Shown here piece by piece: positions 28,331-39,641 of a stretch of 64,000 nucleotides of DNA; position 1 is the stretch's first letter; each line of letters begins with the position of its first letter. Both the position numbers and the translations under genes were made by a program. Source of the stretch: Candidatus Velthaea sp. (GTDB lineage Bacteria > Vulcanimicrobiota > Vulcanimicrobiia > Vulcanimicrobiales > Vulcanimicrobiaceae); contig CBDCCS010000022.1 in the NCBI GenBank assembly GCA_965214935.1, forward strand, positions 739,104-803,103. The letters are read 5' to 3'. Below the pieces are notes generated by a model. It saw only the letters and a list, made by a program, of their open reading frames with translations, was not told the origin of the DNA and did not search any database.

Positions 28331-28538
28331 CGCGACTCGATCAAGCGGGCAAGGATGACAATAGGACGCTTTCTATACGGTCGCGCAGCAGTTCGGGTCG
28401 CACTTCAGGCCGGGTGCACCGAGTGATCCCGCCGACACATTCGACGCCGGGACGTTTGCAAACGGTTAGAACCGGTATACCCGCGTTCACGCGAAATCAA
28501 GAAAGGTGACTGCTAGTAGCTGAGCCCCGCTAACCCTG

Positions 28539-29633
28539 CTAGCTCGTCGCTGCGCCGGCGGCGTACAAGCCGCGAAGCGAGAGCGGCACCGCCATCGTAT
28601 GCTCCCGGGCGATCCGCTCGACTACCCGATAAGCCGCGTTCGGATCGGCGGTAAAAGCGGCAATCGGACCGAGCGTCCAGCGCAGTCCGACCGCTGCGCC
28701 GACTTCGATTGCGCCGGCTGTACAGACACCGGCATCGAGTAATTCACCGGCCGCAAACCAAACCGCGGCTCGCAACCGTTCGGTCAACGCGGAATCCGGT
28801 GCCCCCGCCGGTTCGGGGACCTGCCATTCCTGACCGGTGGAAACTTGACGCACGAGTCCGGGCGCAGGTTGGTACATCGCGCCCAAGACCGACAATTGCT
28901 GCAGCGCATGCAAGGCAATCTCAGTTTTCGTCAGTGCCATAAGTTTGAATGGACCGAACGGCGCACCGAACGACGCCATGCCGGCGCATTCGATTGCTGC
29001 GCGACTCGCTCCGGCGTCGTCCAGGCGAACCGCTTCGTTTAGCCACGCTGCAAAGAACCGGTTCACGACGAATCCGTTCGAGTCGCGGCATGCCAAGGCG
29101 ACTTTACCGGTCGACTGCGCAAACGCCCGCGCGCGCACGAGCGTGTCGGGCGATGTTTGTCGCCCGCAAACGATCTCGAGCAATCTATTCGATGCGGCGG
29201 GATAAAAATAGTGCATTCCGAGGAATCGCGCCGGATGCGACATCGCGCTAGCGAGCGCATCGAGCCGGATCGCACTCGTATTCGTTGCAATGACGGCATC
29301 GCTGCGGACGCAGGCGTCGATTTCCACCAACACGCGGCGTTTGAGCGCTAAATCTTCGGGAATTGCTTCAATGACGATGTCGGCCGGCGCGGCCGAGCGT
29401 AGATCGGACGATAGCGCCAAGCGCTCGAGTATCGTCTGCGGCGCGTTTAGCTCGAGCGCGCCGCGTTCGACGGCACGCGCAAGCGACGATGCGATCGACG
29501 TTTGCGCCGCTGTAAGCACCGCGCTTTGCCGATCCACAAGTATCGCGCTCCTACCCGAGCCGATAACGCTGCGAGCAATTCCGCGCCCCATCGTTCCCGC
29601 GCCGATAATTGCAACGACCTGCGCATCCGCCAT
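28539..29633 (-). CDS. 3-hydroxyacyl-CoA dehydrogenase
   Basis: IIGAGTMGRGIA, IEAIPEDLALK, ATNTS, GMHYF, GFVVNR. Confidence 0.92.
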   Translation of the reverse strand: MADAQVVAIIGAGTMGRGIARSVIGSGRSAILVDRQSAVLTAAQTSIASSLARAVERGALELNAPQTILERLALSSDLRSAAPADIVIEAIPEDLALKRRVLVEIDACVRSDAVIATNTSAIRLDALASAMSHPARFLGMHYFYPAASNRLLEIVCGRQTSPDTLVRARAFAQSTGKVALACRDSNGFVVNRFFAAWLNEAVRLDDAGASRAAIECAGMASFGAPFGPFKLMALTKTEIALHALQQLSVLGAMYQPAPGLVRQVSTGQEWQVPEPAGAPDSALTERLRAAVWFAAGELLDAGVCTAGAIEVGAAVGLRWTLGPIAAFTADPNAAYRVVERIAREHTMAVPLSLRGLYAAGAATS

Positions 29634-29810
29634 GACATCCCGCCTTCGCTGCGTGCGCGGGCGCTCATGCAATTGTTGGTCGGTGCAACAATTGCGCAAC
29701 TTTCTGGTACCTTTACAAGCGAACGTAGCGCCGGCGTTCGGCTTTGCTGCTTTGCCGCACGATATCGTGCCGGCTCAACGACCGTGCAGACGAGAAAGCG
29801 AGTCTAAGGC

Positions 29811-30800
29811 ATGAAACTAGCAACGATACGCGATGGAACGATCGACGGCGCACTGGTCGTTGTTTCGAGCGATTTACATCGCGCCGCCATCTGCAGCCGT
29901 ATCGCGCCGAATCTGTTGACGGCACTGCAACGGTGGGATACCGTTATGCCGCAATTGCGCGAACTGGCGGGCCGGCTCGATGCCGGAACCATCGCCGCTA
30001 TCCCGTTCAATCCGCGGACTGCGGCGGCACCGCTGCCCCGCGCACCGCAACTGCTCGACGGATCGGCCTTCAAAAGCCACGGAGACCTTATGGGGAAGGC
30101 GTTCGGTACGACACTGCCGGCCGACGTTTACACCGAAGCGCCCCTCATGTATCAGGGAACGTCGGACGATCTGCTCGGAGCAGCCGACGACATCGTGCTG
30201 CCCAGCGAAGCCGACGGCATCGATTTCGAGGCGGAGTTTATTATCGTTACAACGGCCGTTGCAATGGGCGTCTCCGTCGCACAAGCGCAAGCGTGTATCG
30301 TTCTTGTCGGCCTCATGAACGATGTCAGTCTGCGCAATGTCGCGCCCGCCGAGATCGCGACCGGTTTCGGCTTCATCCAAGCCAAGCCGCGTTCGAGTTT
30401 TTCACCCGTTTTCGTTACGTTGGATGAACTCGGCCCGGCCTGGCACCACGGACGCATCGAGCTTCCGGTTCACGTCGCGTGGAACGAGCAACCTTTTGGC
30501 CGGCCCAATGCGGGCGAGATGAGTTTCTCATTCGGACAGCTCGTCGCTCACGCTGCCCGCCGGCGTACGCTGAGCGCCGGAGCGATCGTCGGCTCGGGCA
30601 CTATCTCAAACGACGATTACGCTTCGGTCGGTTCGGCGTGTATCGCTGAACGGCGGATGATCGATAAAGTCGAGTTCGGCGCGGTTCGAACGCCGTTCAT
30701 GCGCTTCGGCGATCGCGTGCGAATGGAAGCTTTCACCGCTGACGGTACGTCGTTGTGCGGCGCAATCGATCAGCGCATCGTCGCGCTCGGCGGACTTTAG
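29811..30800 (+). CDS. Fumarylacetoacetate hydrolase family protein
   Basis: MKLATIRDGTIDG, PLMYQG, IDFEAE, NDVSLRN, GSGTISN. Confidence 0.92.
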   Translation: MKLATIRDGTIDGALVVVSSDLHRAAICSRIAPNLLTALQRWDTVMPQLRELAGRLDAGTIAAIPFNPRTAAAPLPRAPQLLDGSAFKSHGDLMGKAFGTTLPADVYTEAPLMYQGTSDDLLGAADDIVLPSEADGIDFEAEFIIVTTAVAMGVSVAQAQACIVLVGLMNDVSLRNVAPAEIATGFGFIQAKPRSSFSPVFVTLDELGPAWHHGRIELPVHVAWNEQPFGRPNAGEMSFSFGQLVAHAARRRTLSAGAIVGSGTISNDDYASVGSACIAERRMIDKVEFGAVRTPFMRFGDRVRMEAFTADGTSLCGAIDQRIVALGGL

Positions 30801-31329
30801 CGCACGACGTCCAGTGCGCGGCCGGCATGCCGGATTGTTTTATAACGCAACGTTTTGAACGAACGATAATTCCTTTTTCATAAAGCAAAGCACGACGATC
30901 GGCTTGCAATTGACGCAAGCGCAGCGCGCGTTAATTCCTTTTTTTACATCGCTATTGCAGCGCTGCGTTTATCCGGCGGGACGATTGAACAAATGTGGCA
31001 GTTATCAAGCATTTTGTTTGACAACGCTAATTTGTTAGTGGTATTTTTCTTCCACGAGTACATTCTCGCCTGAACGTCGTGACCGCAGTGTCGGGCGGAC
31101 GTTCACAGCGTTGAACTGTTGCTACCGGCACGTCGTTTGAACGTCGTGTGCAACGTTTATTGCAGTTGGTAACTGCGACGCGAGATCTGCAGCGATTTTT
31201 ATCGCACGTGCAGCGGCATGTTACATGCCATGCACCTATTTCGGCAGCCCGCGTTAACAATATTATTGCGACCGGCACATCGAGGCGCATCGGTGCCGAC
31301 GCGTTCTGCCTGCGCCCTGCTTTACTGAG

Positions 31330-32427
31330 GTGAACGTGCATCCTATTCGTTCTGTTTTTGCGTGCATCGCCATGACGATGCTGTTGTGCACGCCGGCGGT
31401 TGCGGCAATCGCCGCGGCCGAAACCGTGGCGCAGCCGACTCCGTCGCCGGCGCCGGCGGCCTCGTCTTCACCGGCGCCGGTGCAGGCGGAACCGCCGAAT
31501 AGCCCGCCCGGCGGACCACCCGGACCGTCCGGGGGAGCACCACCCGCCGGCGGCCCGCCGCACGGACCGCCGCCGCCTCCGCCCTTGACGCACATTCCGT
31601 CGATCAACATCATCCCGACGATTAATTTCTCGACGACCGGCGCCGATGCGCCGGGCAATCCGCTCGTCAACGGCGATCTCGATGTAACGTTCGTCGTGAA
31701 TGAGTCGCTCACGCGGCAACTCACCGCGCATTACGATCACATCTACGGCGGTAATTTTTCCGGTTCGGCAGCGCTGATCGCGCTGGCGCCGGCGTTAGGC
31801 GGCGGACCGTTCAATCCGGGCAGCAATCGCGATCTCATCGAGCAGGTGCGGCTCGAGTACGAACAATCGGGCATCGGTGTGGAACTCAGTGACTGGTACC
31901 GGCGCCGCATTTGCTGCCCGGCTGCCAGCGTCAACGCGCCCAATGCCGTCTACGATCACGATCTCATCTTTACCGTCGGCTATTCCACGGCGCCGATTTC
32001 AGCGCTCGGCGGGTTCGTGCTCAGCTACGGTATCAGCGGTCATCACGCGCCGCATCACCCGGGCACCGCATATCTGGCATCGCTGGCCGGAACCGGCGAT
32101 ACGGATTCGGTCCGCACCGAATCAGGTATCTCGCAGCGCGTCACCGTGGTTGCACCGCAACTCGCGCGTAAAGAAGGACTCGTTGTCTCCGAGACGTTTC
32201 TGTTCGGCAGTCTCGACTATTTCGACAATGCGCCGTATCCGTCGATGTACGATATCTTTATAACCAACGTCTCAAAGCGGCTGAGTAAGAACCTAACGGT
32301 CATCGTTTATGCGTCGAACCTCACGCAGCGAAATCAATCGAACCTCTTCCCGAATCCGCCGTTCGGCAACAGTTCGAAGCTGCACTTATCGGGCGTTAAC
32401 GCCGGCTTGAACATCCGCGTTCCGTAG
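31330..32427 (+). CDS. Secreted hypothetical protein with Pro/Gly-rich linker, possible outer-membrane beta-barrel
   Basis: Signal peptide, PTPSPAP..GPPPPPP linker, alternating beta-strand patterns in the C-terminal region. Confidence 0.6.
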   Translation: MNVHPIRSVFACIAMTMLLCTPAVAAIAAAETVAQPTPSPAPAASSSPAPVQAEPPNSPPGGPPGPSGGAPPAGGPPHGPPPPPPLTHIPSINIIPTINFSTTGADAPGNPLVNGDLDVTFVVNESLTRQLTAHYDHIYGGNFSGSAALIALAPALGGGPFNPGSNRDLIEQVRLEYEQSGIGVELSDWYRRRICCPAASVNAPNAVYDHDLIFTVGYSTAPISALGGFVLSYGISGHHAPHHPGTAYLASLAGTGDTDSVRTESGISQRVTVVAPQLARKEGLVVSETFLFGSLDYFDNAPYPSMYDIFITNVSKRLSKNLTVIVYASNLTQRNQSNLFPNPPFGNSSKLHLSGVNAGLNIRVP

Positions 32428-32465
32428 CGCTCGAGCGAACATCGCCGGTTCGCACACCGGCGATG

Positions 32466-33317
32466 TTAGCTCAAGCCGAGTAAGCGCGCCGCATTGAGTT
32501 TGAGAATGCGCGGCCGAACTTCATCGCGGATCGGCAACGCAGCGAAATCAGCGAGCCAGCGGTCCGGTGTGATCAGCGGATAATCGGATCCGAAGAGTAC
32601 CTTGTCGCGCAGCAAGGTATTGGCATATTGCACGAGCGACGCCGGGAAGTACTTCGGCGACCAGCCGGACAAATCAATGTAGACGTTCGGCTTGTGCAAG
32701 CAAACCGACAGGGCTTCGTCTTGCCACGGAAACGACGGATGCGCCAACACGATCGGCATATCCGGAAAATCGACCGCGACATCGTCAAGCAGCATTGGAT
32801 TGCCGTATTTGAGCCGGACCCCGCCGCCGCCGCGAACACCACTGCCGATACCGCTATGACCGGTATGAAAAATCACCGGCAATCCCGTCGCGGCGAGCGT
32901 CTCGTACAGCGGGTAGACGCTTTGGTCGTTGGCGAAAAATGATTGCAGCGGCGGATGAAACTTAAATCCCCGTACGCCGCCGCCGGCGATGAGCCGCTGC
33001 ACCTCGTCGATCGCCGCTGCGCCGCGGGCCGGATCGACGCTGACGAACGGTACGAGCACATCGCTGTTGCGCAGCGCAGCGCTCAACACGAGATCGTTGG
33101 AGACGACCGGGCGTCCGGAAAGCGGTTCATCGACGGAAAACACGACGCAAGCCATTTTCCGCCGCCGGTAATGGTCGGCCAAACCATCGAGGTCGACCGG
33201 AAGATCGTTCGAGCCGAAATAGCGTGTGGCGGCATCGGCAGTTTCCGCCGCTGCACCGTCCCGACTATGCGCGTGAACGTGAACGTCGATTGCCGTAAGC
33301 TCGGCGAGATTCAACAT
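32466..33317 (-). CDS. couO: Amidohydrolase, 4-hydroxyphenyl-beta-ketoacyl-CoA hydrolase (CouO-like)
   Basis: DVHVH, FKFHP, FHTGHSGIGSG..RLKYGNP, AHPSFPWQDEA, IDLSGWSPKYF, GSDYP; adjacent to fcs, crotonase and MarR. Confidence 0.75.
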   Translation of the reverse strand: MLNLAELTAIDVHVHAHSRDGAAAETADAATRYFGSNDLPVDLDGLADHYRRRKMACVVFSVDEPLSGRPVVSNDLVLSAALRNSDVLVPFVSVDPARGAAAIDEVQRLIAGGGVRGFKFHPPLQSFFANDQSVYPLYETLAATGLPVIFHTGHSGIGSGVRGGGGVRLKYGNPMLLDDVAVDFPDMPIVLAHPSFPWQDEALSVCLHKPNVYIDLSGWSPKYFPASLVQYANTLLRDKVLFGSDYPLITPDRWLADFAALPIRDEVRPRILKLNAARLLGLS

Positions 33318-33458
33318 AGACGTGCCTTTCCGGCGCTGTTTCGCGCGCCCAATGCTGGAATATGTTGCGCGCCCCGGCGGTCGAGCGGTCGTGATTGTTC
33401 GCTGATTTTGTTTTCCATATTAACAATAACTGCGCCGGCGATCGCGCGCGGCGCCGAT

Positions 33459-33923
33459 TCAGCGGTCGATGCCGTTGAACTTCCGCAACAAGCGCAATAG
33501 CGTTCTGCGTTCGGTCAAGGTCAGGGTTGACGCCAACTCTTCGGAACGGCTGACACGTGGCAGCATCCGCTCGATCAGGGTGCGGCCCGCGGCCGTTAAC
33601 TCAAGCGGTGCAACACGCCGATCGGCGTTCGACGAACCGCGGCGCAAAAAACCCGACGCCTCGCAGCGGTCGACGATTCGGACCATCGTCGAACGGTCGA
33701 CGCTTAAAACATCGGCCAGCGTGGTCTGTTTGATGCGCGGCGTCGCCTCGACGAGTAAGAGTACCGCGAGCTGACTCGGCCGTAGCTGCGTGCCTTGCAC
33801 GGCTTGATCGAACATCAGCCGCGTCTTGAGATGACCGCGCGTCAGGTTGTAACCGATGAGTTCGCCCAGCCGGCCGAACCGGACGTAATCGTCGAGATCG
33901 TCGGATTTTGTTGTCTTATGCAA
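33459..33923 (-). CDS. MarR-family regulator (CouR/FerC-like by context)
   Basis: QTTLADVLSVDRSTMVRIVD, DRR..LTAAG; divergent from crotonase-fcs. Confidence 0.9.
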   Translation of the reverse strand: MHKTTKSDDLDDYVRFGRLGELIGYNLTRGHLKTRLMFDQAVQGTQLRPSQLAVLLLVEATPRIKQTTLADVLSVDRSTMVRIVDRCEASGFLRRGSSNADRRVAPLELTAAGRTLIERMLPRVSRSEELASTLTLTERRTLLRLLRKFNGIDR

Positions 33924-33998
33924 CAGTTTGACAGCCGATTTCTTTGGTGTTAGCGTACATCGAACGGTGGCATTCTAAGAAGGGCGCACGGAATACTG

Positions 33999-34766
33999 GT
34001 GGCTGACCAACAGCGTCGTTTGTCGATCTCCGTCGATGGACCCGTCGCGCACGTACGTTTAGAACGGCCCGAAAAGCGCAACGCGATCGATGATAGCGCA
34101 ATCGAAGCGCTGCATGCGTTGTTTTCTTCGCCGCCGGACGTGCGTGTGGCGATTCTCGACGGCGCCGGCAGCCATTTTTGCGCCGGACTCGATCTCGTCG
34201 AGCAAATGGAACGGTCGCCCGACGACTTGATCGCGCATTCTCGCCGCTGGCATGCGGCTTTCGACGCAATTGAATTCGGGCAATTCCCCGTCATTAGCGT
34301 GTTTCGCGGTGCAGTGATCGGCGGCGGACTCGAGCTTGCTGCCGCGACGCACGTCCGGATCGCCGAGCGCAGCGCGTTCTTCTCGCTGCCCGAGGCGCAA
34401 CGCGGCATTTTCGTGGGCGGCGGCGGTTCGGTGCGCATCAGCCGCCTTATCGGCGCAAGCCGGATGGCCGAGATGATGCTAACCGGGCGTGTGTACGACG
34501 CGGCGAGTGCAGAACGGCTGTCACTCGCGCACTATGTCGTTGAAGACGGCGAAGGCCATGCGTTGGCACGTGAACTCGCGCACAACATTGCCTCGAACGC
34601 GCGACTATCGAATTTCGCCATCGTTCAAGCGTTGCCGCGCATCGCCGGCATGGCGCCCGCCGATGGCTTCTTCACCGAATCGCTCGTGGCCGCGCTCATG
34701 CAGAGCGGACCCGAGGCGCGCGAACGGATCGGCGCGTTCTTCAATCGCCGTAAAGGCACCGCATGA
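33999..34766 (+). CDS. Crotonase/enoyl-CoA hydratase family protein
   Basis: RPEKRNA, FCAGLDL, GGGLELA, LPEAQRGIFVGGGGS. Confidence 0.92.
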   Translation: MADQQRRLSISVDGPVAHVRLERPEKRNAIDDSAIEALHALFSSPPDVRVAILDGAGSHFCAGLDLVEQMERSPDDLIAHSRRWHAAFDAIEFGQFPVISVFRGAVIGGGLELAAATHVRIAERSAFFSLPEAQRGIFVGGGGSVRISRLIGASRMAEMMLTGRVYDAASAERLSLAHYVVEDGEGHALARELAHNIASNARLSNFAIVQALPRIAGMAPADGFFTESLVAALMQSGPEARERIGAFFNRRKGTA

Positions 34767-36580
34767 GCGATCGCGTTCTCCGTTCGAGCGTTGCGCTAGC
34801 GCCGTACGCGCGTAGCGTAAACGACGATCTCGTCTACTGGGCACGGGAAACGCCGGAGCGACCCTTCGTTCTCGAACGACGTCACGAAACGTGGGATGCA
34901 TTAACGTTCGGTGCAGCGCTCGCAAGCGTCCGGCGGGCCGGTGCGGCTCTACTCAACCTTGGGTTCTCCGCCCAACGGCCACTCGCGATCCTTGCCGAAA
35001 ATAGCATCGATCACGCGATCGTAGCATTGGCGGCCATGCATGTCGGCGTCCCGGTTTGTCAGCTTTCCGCCGGTTATGCGCGGCCGGACGGCGATCTCGA
35101 TCGCTTGCAATCGTTACTCGCCGTGTTGAACGCGGGCGCAATCTTCGCCCCGGACGAGCGCGTCGCACTGCGCCTTGCACAGTGCTCGCCGGCGTTGACG
35201 ATTCTGCGCAACGTACCCGAACATGCCGGCAGTTTCGTCGCCGCGGATACCGCGTTCGCTGCAGTGTCGTCCGACACGGTCGCAAAAATTTTATTTACGT
35301 CCGGCTCGACGGGAACGCCCAAAGGCGTCATCACGACACAGCGCATGATGTGCGCAAATCAGGCGATGCTTGCTCAAGCTTGGCCGTACGTGCGCAACGA
35401 GCCGGTGGTACTGGACTGGATGCCGTGGAGCCATGTTGCAAGCGGTAGCAAAGTCTTCAACATGGTGCTGCGGCATGGCGGATCGCTCTACATCGATAGC
35501 GGGCGACCGATGGCCGGCGCCTTCGAACGGACGCTAGCCAATTTACGCGAAATTGCTCCGACGCTGTATTTCAACGTTCCGCGCGGCTACGCTTTGCTTG
35601 CCGATGCGCTGGCTGCTGAACCCGATCTTGCGCGGCTGTTTTTTTCTCGGCTCGAGGGTCTCGTTAACGCCGGCGCGAGTTTACCGGCGGACGTGCGTAC
35701 GAAGATGGCGTCGATTGCCGAACGCGCGGGCGGCAGGATCGTTCCCGTGCTTTCACCGTACGGCGCAACGGAGACGGCTCCGATGGCGTGTGCGGTATGG
35801 GGCGATCCGTTGCCCGATATCGAGTCGATCGGATTACCGGTTCCGGGCGTCGAGCTTAAATTAGCTGCCGTCGACGACCGCTTCGAGATACGGGTGAAGG
35901 GACCCAGCGTCACGCCGGGCTACTGGCGTAACGCCGAAGCCAGCGCGGCCGCCTTTGACGACGACGGCTTCTACCGAACCGGCGATGCGGGCGACTTCGT
36001 CGATCCGATCGCGCCGCAGCGCGGCTTAGCGTTTCGCGGCCGAATCGCCGAGAATTTTAAATTGACGTCGAGCACGTGGGTCAACGCGGGCGCGGTACGG
36101 GTCGCCCTTATCGAAGCTGCGGCCGGCGCAATCGATGATGCCGTTATCGCCGGCCAGGACCGGGACGACATCGGCACGCTCATCTTTTTCAACCTCGAGC
36201 GCGCCCGTGAGATAGTCGGCGATCGTGCCGCCGATCGTGCGACGCTACGCGCACATTCCGGTTTACGCGCGCATTTCAGCGACGTCTTAGCCCGGCATAA
36301 CACGAAGCATGCAAGTAGTTCGACACGCGTCGCTGTTGCTTCGCTGCTCGGTGACGAGCCGGACCGCAGTGCGGGAGAACTGACCGATAAGGGCACGGTC
36401 AACCAGCGCATTGCCCTTGTCCGCCGAGCGGCGGCGGTGCTTGCGCTTTATGAAGGCGACGGCACCGATACAATCCGGCCGTGCCGACGTGCCGCTCGGC
36501 TAGGCAGCGACGACGCGCCCGAGTTGGCGTTCGAGCCGATCGAGGGTTTGATACGCAGCGAGCGTTTGGGCAAGACTTGA
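34763..36580 (+). CDS. fcs: Feruloyl-CoA synthase (hydroxycinnamoyl-CoA ligase)
   Basis: AKILFTSGSTGTPKGV, DWMPWSH, YFNVPRGY, YGATETAP, GRIAENFKL, GELTDKGTVNQR. Confidence 0.88.
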   Translation: MSDRVLRSSVALAPYARSVNDDLVYWARETPERPFVLERRHETWDALTFGAALASVRRAGAALLNLGFSAQRPLAILAENSIDHAIVALAAMHVGVPVCQLSAGYARPDGDLDRLQSLLAVLNAGAIFAPDERVALRLAQCSPALTILRNVPEHAGSFVAADTAFAAVSSDTVAKILFTSGSTGTPKGVITTQRMMCANQAMLAQAWPYVRNEPVVLDWMPWSHVASGSKVFNMVLRHGGSLYIDSGRPMAGAFERTLANLREIAPTLYFNVPRGYALLADALAAEPDLARLFFSRLEGLVNAGASLPADVRTKMASIAERAGGRIVPVLSPYGATETAPMACAVWGDPLPDIESIGLPVPGVELKLAAVDDRFEIRVKGPSVTPGYWRNAEASAAAFDDDGFYRTGDAGDFVDPIAPQRGLAFRGRIAENFKLTSSTWVNAGAVRVALIEAAAGAIDDAVIAGQDRDDIGTLIFFNLERAREIVGDRAADRATLRAHSGLRAHFSDVLARHNTKHASSSTRVAVASLLGDEPDRSAGELTDKGTVNQRIALVRRAAAVLALYEGDGTDTIRPCRRAARLGSDDAPELAFEPIEGLIRSERLGKT

Positions 36581-37456
36581 TTTCGGCTCGCGATTGGCCG
36601 CAATTGCCGCAAAGAATTCACGATCTTCAAGTTCGATACCGTTCATCGACCGGTCGACGTGCGACAGATCGATCGTAACGTTTCGTCCGTCGCTGAGGTC
36701 GTCGTAATATGCAAGATAGGTGCCGGTGTCGCCGATGTAGCGAAAAAACGAGCCGAACGGACCGTCGTTGTTGAACGAAAGCGATAGCGTCAAAATGGGA
36801 CCCGACGGTGCTTTGAGCTGAATGCTCATGTCCATCGCGATGCCGAGTTCGGGATGAATCGGGCCTTGAATGGCGTTAGCAATCTCGGGCGTCTCTCCGG
36901 TTTGCCATTGAAACAAGTCGACGGTATGACAGGCGTGATGCCACAGTAGATGATCGGTCCAGCTTCGCGCCTGGCCGAGCGCATTGGTATTGGTGCGCCG
37001 AAGAAAATATGTTTGCACGTCCATTTGCTGCACCGCGAACGCACCGCGTTCGATGAGCGCATGCACGTACTGATGACTTGGGTTAAAGCGCCGTACATGA
37101 CCGGCCATCGCAATGACACCGGTCTCTTGAGCGATGCGCAGCAGCGCTTCGGCGTCTTCACGCGAGTCGGCCACCGGTATCTCGATGAGTACGTGTTTCC
37201 CGGCGCGCATGCACGCTTCGGCTTGGTTGCGATGAACCTGCGTCGGCGACGCAAGGATCACGGCATCGAGGTCCGGTTGCGCGAGCGTTTCGGCGAGGTC
37301 CGTCGTCCAGTGGGGAATGCCGAACTTATCAGCAACGTCTTGCGTGGATTGCGCGCGCCCGCCGGTTAATGAGATGACCTCAACGCCGGCAATTGCACGG
37401 ATCGCTTCGAGATGCTTGATACCGAACGCCCCTTGTCCCGCGAGCGCTACTTTCAT
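36500..37456 (-). CDS. ligC: 4-carboxy-2-hydroxymuconate-6-semialdehyde dehydrogenase (Gfo/Idh/MocA family)
   Basis: GAFGIKHL, RRFNPSHQ, RSWTDHLLWHHACHTVDLF, MNGIELEDREF; downstream of ligAB. Confidence 0.92.
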   Translation of the reverse strand: MKVALAGQGAFGIKHLEAIRAIAGVEVISLTGGRAQSTQDVADKFGIPHWTTDLAETLAQPDLDAVILASPTQVHRNQAEACMRAGKHVLIEIPVADSREDAEALLRIAQETGVIAMAGHVRRFNPSHQYVHALIERGAFAVQQMDVQTYFLRRTNTNALGQARSWTDHLLWHHACHTVDLFQWQTGETPEIANAIQGPIHPELGIAMDMSIQLKAPSGPILTLSLSFNNDGPFGSFFRYIGDTGTYLAYYDDLSDGRNVTIDLSHVDRSMNGIELEDREFFAAIAANREPKSSLAQTLAAYQTLDRLERQLGRVVAA

Positions 37457-37526
37457 CGTACCTCTTTCTTGACGACGCGCATCCGCACCGCGCGTTTGCA
37501 ACCCGAGTCGCTCGAACTTCGCAAAA

Positions 37527-38760
<1,234 letters not shown>

Positions 38761-38769
38761 GCGCCTACC

Positions 38770-39639
38770 TTACGGCCAGTACAATCGCAGCGGATTTTCG
38801 ACGAGCAGACTCTGCTGCAGCGCGGCGGTCGGCGCAATACGCTCGATGAAGTCGACGAGCATTCCATCGTCGGGAACGTGCGTCTCCATGTTCGGATGCG
38901 GCCAATCGGTGCCCCACAGCACGCGCTCGGGAAAACGTTCGACAAGCGCACGACCGAACGGAACGACGTCGTCATACGGCGGCCCGGTTTTCGATAACCG
39001 CTCGGCACCGCTGACCTTCACCCACAAATTGGGATGCTCGTCGAGCAACGTCAGAAAGCGTTGCCACTGCAGATGGGCGGTGCCCAATTCGATGTCCGGC
39101 CGCCCCATGTGATCGATGACGACCGTCGTCGGCAACGCGGTAATGAACGGCGCGAGGTCTTCGAGTTCGGGCGCCTCAAAATAGATGACGATGTGCCAGC
39201 CGAGCGGTACGATCTTTTCGGCGATGCGCTGATACGTTTCGCGCGGAGTCACGTCGACTAAGCGCTTGAGAAAATTAAATCGAACGCCGCGCACGCCGGC
39301 GGCATCCATCGTCCGCAGATCGTCGGGCGACACGCCGGGTGCAACAACGGCGACTCCGCGGGCCGCGCCACCGGCGGCAACGAGCGCATCGATCATCGCG
39401 GCATTGTCGGTTCCGTGGCAACTGGCCTGAACGATGACGTTGCGCGCAAATCCTAGGTGGTCGCGCAGTGCGAACAACGCATCTTTCGGCGCGTCGGCGG
39501 GCGTGTACTTTCGCGTAGCAGCGTACGGGAATACATTGCCCGGACCGAATACATGGCAATGCGCGTCGACTGCGCCGGGCGGCGCGGCGAATACCGGGCG
39601 CGAAGGGTGCGGATGGTAGGCGTTGAGATCGAGCGCCAT
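38770..39639 (-). CDS. ligI: 2-pyrone-4,6-dicarboxylate hydrolase
   Basis: DAHCHVFGP, VQASCHGTDN, GVRFNFLKRLVD, DHMGRP, WGTDWPHPN. Confidence 0.94.
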   Translation of the reverse strand: MALDLNAYHPHPSRPVFAAPPGAVDAHCHVFGPGNVFPYAATRKYTPADAPKDALFALRDHLGFARNVIVQASCHGTDNAAMIDALVAAGGAARGVAVVAPGVSPDDLRTMDAAGVRGVRFNFLKRLVDVTPRETYQRIAEKIVPLGWHIVIYFEAPELEDLAPFITALPTTVVIDHMGRPDIELGTAHLQWQRFLTLLDEHPNLWVKVSGAERLSKTGPPYDDVVPFGRALVERFPERVLWGTDWPHPNMETHVPDDGMLVDFIERIAPTAALQQSLLVENPLRLYWP

Positions 39640-39641
39640 CG

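Noticed and set aside
28331..28538. M-box or yybP riboswitch upstream of the NRAMP-like gene
   Set aside because: Conserved riboswitch motifs not recognisable by eye; an Rfam cmscan would settle it
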